Positions 1 through 4,524 of a stretch of DNA of 6,857 bases are shown piece by piece (within the stretch, counting starts at the first letter, position 1; each line of letters starts with the position of its first letter). Below the pieces are notes generated by a model that saw nothing but the letters and a program-made list of their open reading frames with translations, made no database searches and had not been told where the DNA came from. The stretch is taken from positions 1 to 6,857 of the IMG/VR virus record IMGVR_UViG_2648501206_000004. One strand, given 5' to 3'. Both the position numbers and the translations under genes were made by a program. This DNA comes from a virus (Duplodnaviria > Heunggongvirae > Uroviricota > Caudoviricetes).

Positions 1-1
1 C

Positions 2-556
2 GTCAGTGTGCTTAACCTGGGTACTATTGATGAACCAGGTCACGCAGATAACACCGCCACTCTCAAACTGAAAAAGACAGCACCGTTCTCTGCTCTGTTG
101 TCTGTTAATGGCGAGCGTCATTCCCAGAAGTCACTGGCAGAATGGATTGAAGACTGGGCCGACTACCTTGTGGGTTTTGATGCTAATGGTGACGCTATTC
201 AGGCAACAAAAGCGGCTGCGGCTGTCCGTAAAATCACGATTGAAGCAAACCAGACCGCTGATTTTGAAGATAATGACTTCAGCGGCAAACGCTCCCTGAT
301 GGAGTCTGTCGAAGCGAAAACCAAAGATATTATGCCTGTGGCATTTGAATTTAAATGCGTTCCGTTTGAAGGTCTGAAAGAACGTCCATTTAAATTACGC
401 CTCAGCATTATCACTGGCGATCGTCCTGTACTGGTTCTGCGCATTATTCAGCTGGAGGCGGTGCAGGAAGAAATGGCTAACGAATTTCGTGATCTGCTTG
501 TTGAGAAATTCAAAGACAGCAAAGTAGAAACCTTTATTGGTACTTTCACCGCCTGA
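2..556 (+). CDS. Prophage hypothetical protein, 5'-partial (open to the window edge); possibly YfdQ-like
   Basis: The frame is open from position 2 (codons gtc, agt, gtg...) with no stop back to the edge, so the listed GTG start at 8 is probably internal. Stop TGA at 554..556. It lies immediately upstream of, and co-directional with, an HD-domain gene, as yfdQ-yfdR does in KplE1 (recalled synteny, not a sequence match). Confidence 0.6.
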   Translation, partial: VSVLNLGTIDEPGHADNTATLKLKKTAPFSALLSVNGERHSQKSLAEWIEDWADYLVGFDANGDAIQATKAAAAVRKITIEANQTADFEDNDFSGKRSLMESVEAKTKDIMPVAFEFKCVPFEGLKERPFKLRLSIITGDRPVLVLRIIQLEAVQEEMANEFRDLLVEKFKDSKVETFIGTFTA

Positions 557-568
557 TTTCATTACTGC

Positions 569-590
569 AAATGCCCCTGCGGGGGCATTT
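569..590 (+). terminator. Putative intrinsic terminator or attenuator hairpin after the first ORF
   Basis: Perfect 9-bp inverted repeat AAATGCCCC / GGGGCATTT with a 4-nt loop TGCG, 13 nt after the stop. The T-tract is short (TTTAT), so termination may be partial. Confidence 0.45.
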
Positions 591-683
591 ATGGAAACGT
601 AATTGACTCAATAATCGCCGGATGGTGAGGGCTTCCTTTTACCAGAATTCAGCGTGGTGCAGCACATATACGCGGAGAACAAA

Positions 684-1220
684 ATGTCATTTATTAAAAC
701 TTTTTCCGGGAAGCATTTTTATTATGACAGGATAAATAAAGACGACATCGTGATTAACGATATCGCGGTTTCCCTTTCAAATATCTGTCGCTTTGCCGGT
801 CATCTTTCACACTTCTACAGTGTCGCCCAACATGCGGTGCTTTGCAGCCAGCTGGTGCAGCAGGAATTTGCTTTTGAAGCGTTAATGCATGATGCAACAG
901 AAGCATATTGCCAGGACATCCCCGCGCCACTGAAACGCCTTCTTCCTGACTATAAACGGATGGAAGAAAAAATAGACGCCGTAATCCGTGAGAAATACGG
1001 GTTACCTCCTGTTATGAGCACGCCAGTGAAATATGCCGATCTCATTATGCTGGCAACCGAACGCCGCGATCTCGGGCTTGATGATGGCTCTTTCTGGCCG
1101 GTACTGGAAGGCATCCCGGCAACAGAGATGTTCAACGTGATTCCAATGCCACCGGGCCATGCCTACGGGATGTTTATGGAACGCTTTCACGAGTTATCGG
1201 AGTTACGCAAATGCGCATGA
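684..1220 (+). CDS. yfdR: HD-domain phosphohydrolase (5'-deoxynucleotidase YfdR/YfbR-like)
   Basis: HD-superfamily motifs are visible in the translation: FAGHLSH, then LMHDATEAY (the HD dyad), then PVKYADLIML. Start placed at ATG 684 (MSFIKTF...) with a GGAG Shine-Dalgarno 6 nt upstream, rather than the GTG at 654 in the ORF track. This gives 178 aa, the length I recall for K-12 YfdR. The symbol rests on motif and recalled length and synteny, not a search. Confidence 0.8.
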   Translation: MSFIKTFSGKHFYYDRINKDDIVINDIAVSLSNICRFAGHLSHFYSVAQHAVLCSQLVQQEFAFEALMHDATEAYCQDIPAPLKRLLPDYKRMEEKIDAVIREKYGLPPVMSTPVKYADLIMLATERRDLGLDDGSFWPVLEGIPATEMFNVIPMPPGHAYGMFMERFHELSELRKCA

Positions 1221-1573
1221 ATGTTTTCGAAATGGAAGGGTTTCTTCGCGGGAGATGTGTACCACGAGACCTGAAAGTGAATGAAACGGATGCTGAATAC
1301 CTGGTGCGTAAATTAGATGCGCTTGAAGCTAAATGTGCAGCACTGGAAAACAAAGTAATACCAGTGTCAGCTGAACTGCCACCAGCAAATGAAAGTGTTC
1401 TGTTATTTGATGCTAACGGAGAAGGCTGGCTGATTGGCTGGCGTTCTCTCTGGTACACATGGGGGCAAAAAGAAACCGGAGAATGGCAGTGGACATTTCA
1501 GGTCGGGGACCTTGAAAACGTCAATATCACTCACTGGGCAGTAATGCCGAAAGCACCGGAGAATAAGAAATGA
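1211..1573 (+). CDS. yfdS: Small prophage hypothetical protein (YfdS-like)
   Basis: 120-aa ORF overlapping the upstream stop (ATG at 1211 with GGAG 8 nt upstream; an alternative ATG at 1217 forms an ATGA overlap with the stop at 1218..1220). Coiled-coil-like N-terminus. The symbol is inferred from position after the HD gene and from the recalled 120-aa length of YfdS. Confidence 0.55.
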   Translation: MRMNVFEMEGFLRGRCVPRDLKVNETDAEYLVRKLDALEAKCAALENKVIPVSAELPPANESVLLFDANGEGWLIGWRSLWYTWGQKETGEWQWTFQVGDLENVNITHWAVMPKAPENKK

Positions 1574-1785
1574 GCGTGATAAAAACTCATACAGGAATTG
1601 TTATTACCCGAAACGGTCCGCAGGTAAAAAAACTGCACCAGACAAAGCGGATGTGGGTCGTCGGAAAAAACGAGTTTTACCACAAAGAAACCGGACGCCG
1701 CCACTTTGCAGAAAATACGCGCCGCCGACTGCTCCTGGACAGCATCAGGCCAATTAAACAGGTAGCAACCATAGAACAAAATTAA
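1570..1785 (+). CDS. Small basic prophage hypothetical protein
   Basis: 71-aa ORF whose ATG overlaps the upstream stop as ATGA (1570..1573), with GGAG 8 nt upstream. Lys/Arg-rich. No family recognised. Confidence 0.5.
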   Translation: MSVIKTHTGIVITRNGPQVKKLHQTKRMWVVGKNEFYHKETGRRHFAENTRRRLLLDSIRPIKQVATIEQN

Positions 1786-1846
1786 TTATCAGGACTGAAA
1801 TTTGATATTACTGCCCGTGTGCAGCGGGTTAAGTGGAGAAACAGCC

Positions 1847-2056
1847 ATGGCAAAACTAATGAAAGCGAGCCAATGGGGACGCCGTGAATTCTCTAATGGC
1901 TCAATTCCTGACAACCGAACGATAAAACGCTGGGTCGAGAACGGTCTGCTCATGGGGCGTATCGTGGACGGTTCTGTTTTTGTCTGCGAAACAGAAAAAT
2001 GGGGAGTCGACTCAATGGTTAGTCAAGCTGTTCGCAAGTTAATAAATGAGGGGTGA
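1847..2056 (+). CDS. xis: Excisionase (lambda Xis-like recombination directionality factor)
   Basis: About 69 aa from ATG 1847 (GGAG at 1835..1838). The translation (ASQWGRREFSNGSIPDNRTIKRWVENGLLMGRIVDGSVF) parallels the lambda Xis winged-helix region (QEWNARQRRPRSLETVRRWVRECRIFPPPVKDGREYLF). The stop abuts or overlaps the integrase start, the classic xis-int arrangement. The TTG start at 1802 in the ORF track is considered less likely. Confidence 0.7.
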   Translation: MAKLMKASQWGRREFSNGSIPDNRTIKRWVENGLLMGRIVDGSVFVCETEKWGVDSMVSQAVRKLINEG

Positions 2057-2058
2057 CC

Positions 2059-3237
2059 ATGGCGGCAAGGCCACGTAAAAAAGAATACAGACATCTTCCT
2101 GATTATCTGATTTTTGATAAAGATCGAGGTGTTTATAAATTCACACTTATTACCGGAAAGAAGAAAAATATAGGTAAGGATAGGGCAATAGCCATTGCAA
2201 TCGCCAGAGAGTACAACCTGAGGATGCGACCAGAATTATCTCCATCAGTAGATAATCTTATTAGAGAATCTGGCGGTGTTATCGGAGAAGCAAAACCATT
2301 TGCTGAACATGTTGATCACATAATGGCCCGAATTATCGAAGACGAACGTCCTTCCCAGAGCACCTTAGATGACTGGAAAAATGACGCTCTACGCGTAAAA
2401 GCGTTTTTCGTAAATGTTCCGGCATGCGATATCGAACTTGAACACGTTAATACCTACATCAACAAATATCATGCCAGCGCATCCGCAAATGTGCAGAACA
2501 GAAAGGTCAGCTTTCTTAAAAAGTTGTTCTCTTATGCGGTCGATGAATCACTAATGCTGGATAACCCGGCCATCAGAAAAAAAATGCGTAGGACTGATGA
2601 GAAGAAAAGACGGCGCCTGTCACTCGAGCATTTTATAGCTATCAGGCAGGCCGCTGCACCATGGTTAAGAACAGCAATGGACCTAGCATTGCAGACTACA
2701 CATGCACGACTCGAAGTATCGCGAATCCGTTACTCAATTCGCGAACCTAAAGACGGTATATGTGGATGTGTCTGGTTCGAACAACCACAAAATGGCATAT
2801 ATGGGACGCTTTACATCCACAGGCAAAAAGTGCAACAAAAAGAGGCGTCACACGTTGCAATACCAATTGGTGAAGAGTTGAAACGGATAATTGACGATAG
2901 CCGAGATAATGTGGCCAGTCCGTTTGTCGTTCACAGGCTCCCAGAACGCCAAGTTAAACGCAGCAAAGAGGTTTCACATCCTACTCAAGTTGCACCGGAC
3001 TATTTGAGTAGGTCGTTTTCAGCTACACGGGACAAACTAGGTTTATGCGACAATCTACCAATGGATGAAAGACCAACCTTTCACGAAATTCGAGCACTAG
3101 CAGCGCATCTATTCGATCAGCAGGGTATCGATCCACAAGGACGAATGGCGCACAGCGATGCGAAGTCAACCAAGATCTACACGCAAAATCATATAGATTG
3201 GGTTGTCGTTCCCCATGGAGAAATTAAAGCCAGCTAA
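2059..3237 (+). CDS. int: Tyrosine site-specific integrase, lambda Int family, with N-terminal arm-binding domain
   Basis: The N-terminus (MAARPRKKEYRHLPDYLIF...GKDRAIAIAIAREYNLRM) parallels the lambda Int arm-binding domain (MGRRRSHERRDLPPNLYI...GRDRRIAITEAIQANIEL). The C-terminus carries HEIRALAAH (box II H-x-x-R) and AHSDAKSTKIYT, with the H-to-Y spacing of lambda Int H333/Y342. Start placed at ATG 2059 (GAGGGG Shine-Dalgarno 6 nt upstream); a GTG at 2053 would overlap the xis stop as GTGA. Confidence 0.92.
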   Translation: MAARPRKKEYRHLPDYLIFDKDRGVYKFTLITGKKKNIGKDRAIAIAIAREYNLRMRPELSPSVDNLIRESGGVIGEAKPFAEHVDHIMARIIEDERPSQSTLDDWKNDALRVKAFFVNVPACDIELEHVNTYINKYHASASANVQNRKVSFLKKLFSYAVDESLMLDNPAIRKKMRRTDEKKRRRLSLEHFIAIRQAAAPWLRTAMDLALQTTHARLEVSRIRYSIREPKDGICGCVWFEQPQNGIYGTLYIHRQKVQQKEASHVAIPIGEELKRIIDDSRDNVASPFVVHRLPERQVKRSKEVSHPTQVAPDYLSRSFSATRDKLGLCDNLPMDERPTFHEIRALAAHLFDQQGIDPQGRMAHSDAKSTKIYTQNHIDWVVVPHGEIKAS

Positions 3238-3271
3238 TAATAAATTACTCCCTTTATTGCTTTAGTATAAA

Positions 3272-3303
3272 GCAGAGCAAACCAAATTGGACGGGTTGCT
3301 CTG
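3272..3303. terminator. Bidirectional intrinsic terminator hairpin between convergent int and the cargo gene
   Basis: Inverted repeat CAGAGCAA(ACC) / (GG)TTGCTCTG at 3273..3283 and 3293..3303 with a 9-nt loop, about 35 nt past the int stop and 28 nt past the cargo-gene stop. The flanks are AT-rich on both sides. Confidence 0.5.
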
Positions 3304-3330
3304 TGTTGGAAGTTGAGGAATGTATTAATT

Positions 3331-4182
3331 TCAAAGTGAGTAATTGGAGAGTTCTTCAATCATTGACCGATAATGTATACCGATACTATCGGCAAATTTT
3401 TCGCCCATCCCCTCAACTGACGCAATTAGGCAGTCTGTAGCAACCTTCAGGGATATTATGACTAAGCAGATGTCAGCTTCACTGGGTGCACCATGACCGC
3501 TAAATTCATCAATCCTGTGGATAGCCAGTGGCAATGGATGAGCCAGATTTGATAGTAACTGGTGATGTAGTGCAATGTCGGCTAACCGCGGGCAGCGAGC
3601 TTCGAACTCAGCTTTGGTATAATACATTTCGGCCCTGTTTTTGAGACTATTCTTTTGTTCTTTAGATAGTGAACTATAGAATTCATGGTTCACTATCTCC
3701 TCCTGCTGCTTTGGTATGCCGGTGAAAAACTCCTCCAGTGATTCTTCAGATTCACCAGCCTTCAGTCTGATATCACGCCATTTAACATTTCTGTCTTTCT
3801 GGAAAATTCGAAAACGAAAGTCAGCCTCCGCTTCCGAGACCGTTTCCGTTCCGTAATAAAAAAGCGCCTGAAAATTTTCCATCACACTTCTGGACACAAG
3901 TGCGATAGTGGTTACATCCCATACTGTATCATCGGGATTAACTCCGTTTCGCAGTACTGGTAGTAGTTTCTTAAGACTATGCGCAGTCAACACTTGACGA
4001 GTGAAAATATTTGCAGCCCGTATTCCCCTGCCGTCAGTCTTAATTCCGCTTTGATTCAGTGATATGGCCGCGGAAATTTCACAAGCGCGGCAGAAGATCT
4101 TATAAAGGCTAATGTAAGACCTCTCAACCTCAGTGTGTTCTCGGAAACGAATGTTACTGCCTTTTTTAGTTCTTTTTTTCAT
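3331..4182 (-). CDS. Orphan cargo (moron) protein of unknown function, 283 aa; candidate accessory or defence gene
   Basis: Long minus-strand ORF convergent with int. ATG at 4180..4182 is preceded on the mRNA by AGAGG with a 7-nt spacer. Hand counts on two 60-nt samples inside it gave about 40% and 47% GC, against about 53% for one sample in the downstream autotransporter. Basic N-terminus (MKKRTKKGSNIRFREH). Two R-x6-H spacings in the C-terminal half (RLADIALH, RIDEFSGH). I do not recognise the family. Confidence 0.7.
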   Translation of the reverse strand: MKKRTKKGSNIRFREHTEVERSYISLYKIFCRACEISAAISLNQSGIKTDGRGIRAANIFTRQVLTAHSLKKLLPVLRNGVNPDDTVWDVTTIALVSRSVMENFQALFYYGTETVSEAEADFRFRIFQKDRNVKWRDIRLKAGESEESLEEFFTGIPKQQEEIVNHEFYSSLSKEQKNSLKNRAEMYYTKAEFEARCPRLADIALHHQLLSNLAHPLPLAIHRIDEFSGHGAPSEADICLVIISLKVATDCLIASVEGMGEKFADSIGIHYRSMIEELSNYSL

Positions 4183-4374
4183 TATCCAGCCTCTAGTAGT
4201 TTATTCTGGCATTATGTCACACAACTCTTCGAAACTATTCAAACATGGGGAGAAACCACCATGTAAGCCATTGAAGTATATAGAGCAGATTATGTCGAAA
4301 AAGCACTGTTTGTTTATACATGCAAATGGTACTTCTAACCAGCAATAGCGCGGCTCTCAGCGTTTTACAAGCGG

Positions 4375-4423
4375 CGTCATGGGGTGTCGGGGGTCGGAGG
4401 TTCAAATCCTCTCGTGCCGACCA
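4375..4423 (+). repeat. Prophage att core: 3' 49-nt fragment of tRNA-Pro(GGG) (proL-like), lacking the 5' half
   Basis: Anticodon loop AUGGGGU (anticodon GGG), T-arm GGAGG-TTCAAAT-CCTCT, acceptor 3' strand CGTGCCG, discriminator A and CCA are all present. The complementary 5' acceptor strand CGGCACG is absent from the preceding 100 nt, so this is not an intact tRNA. It matches my recollection of the E. coli proL 3' end. Confidence 0.65.
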
Positions 4424-4431
4424 AAAATCCC

Positions 4432-4463
4432 AAAAAAAACCAACCGTAAAGGTTGGTTTTTTT
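4432..4463. terminator. Rho-independent terminator, bidirectional (native tRNA-Pro terminator; also serves the convergent autotransporter gene)
   Basis: A8-CCAACC-GTAAA-GGTTGG-T7: a 6-bp GC-containing stem extended by an A-run/T-run, with a 5-nt loop. It lies 9 nt after the tRNA CCA end and about 60 nt past the minus-strand autotransporter stop. Confidence 0.8.
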
Positions 4464-4524
4464 ATATCTGCATTTAATTCGATAAACAGACCGCGACACA
4501 TCACGGCCTGTTTATTGTCTGTTA

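Larger units (their letters stand above)
1..4423. mobile_element. Right end of an integrated lambdoid prophage: accessory genes, lambda-type xis-int, cargo gene, bounded by a tRNA-Pro-derived att core
   Basis: Xis-like and Int-like ORFs in the lambda order (xis then int, int reading toward att). A partial tRNA-Pro 3' end at about 4375..4423 has no 5' half, as expected for the displaced att copy. The upstream gene block resembles KplE1/CPS-53 prophage genes. The left boundary lies outside the window. Confidence 0.7.

Noticed and set aside
108-444. ORF-track entries 108..299 (+) and 199..444 (-) inside the first ORF
   Set aside because: They are fully embedded in or antisense to the longer first ORF, with no ribosome-binding site and no recognisable features. 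Most likely frame artefacts.
603-631. A sigma70 promoter for the HD gene (TTGACT at 603..608)
   Set aside because: No convincing -10 hexamer sits at 16..18 bp spacing (the candidate is TGAGGG), so the promoter is not called as a feature.
654-683. GTG start at 654 for the HD-domain gene, as listed in the ORF track
   Set aside because: There is no Shine-Dalgarno sequence upstream of 654, whereas the ATG at 684 has GGAG at the optimal spacing and gives the expected 178-aa product.
950-1779. Minus-strand ORFs 950..1135, 1002..1190, 1174..1458 and 1531..1779
   Set aside because: All are antisense to the coupled plus-strand prophage genes and lack start-site signals. Treated as spurious.
3331-4182. 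Assigning the cargo protein to the Lit-type zinc metalloprotease family because it sits where e14 lit does
   Set aside because: No HExxH zinc-binding motif is present in the translation. The positional analogy alone does not support that assignment.
4347-4423. A possible intact 77-nt tRNA-Pro gene
   Set aside because: The 5' acceptor strand needed to pair with CGTGCCG (that is, CGGCACG) and a D-arm are absent upstream. Only the 3' 49 nt are tRNA-like, so it is called as an att-core fragment rather than a functional tRNA.
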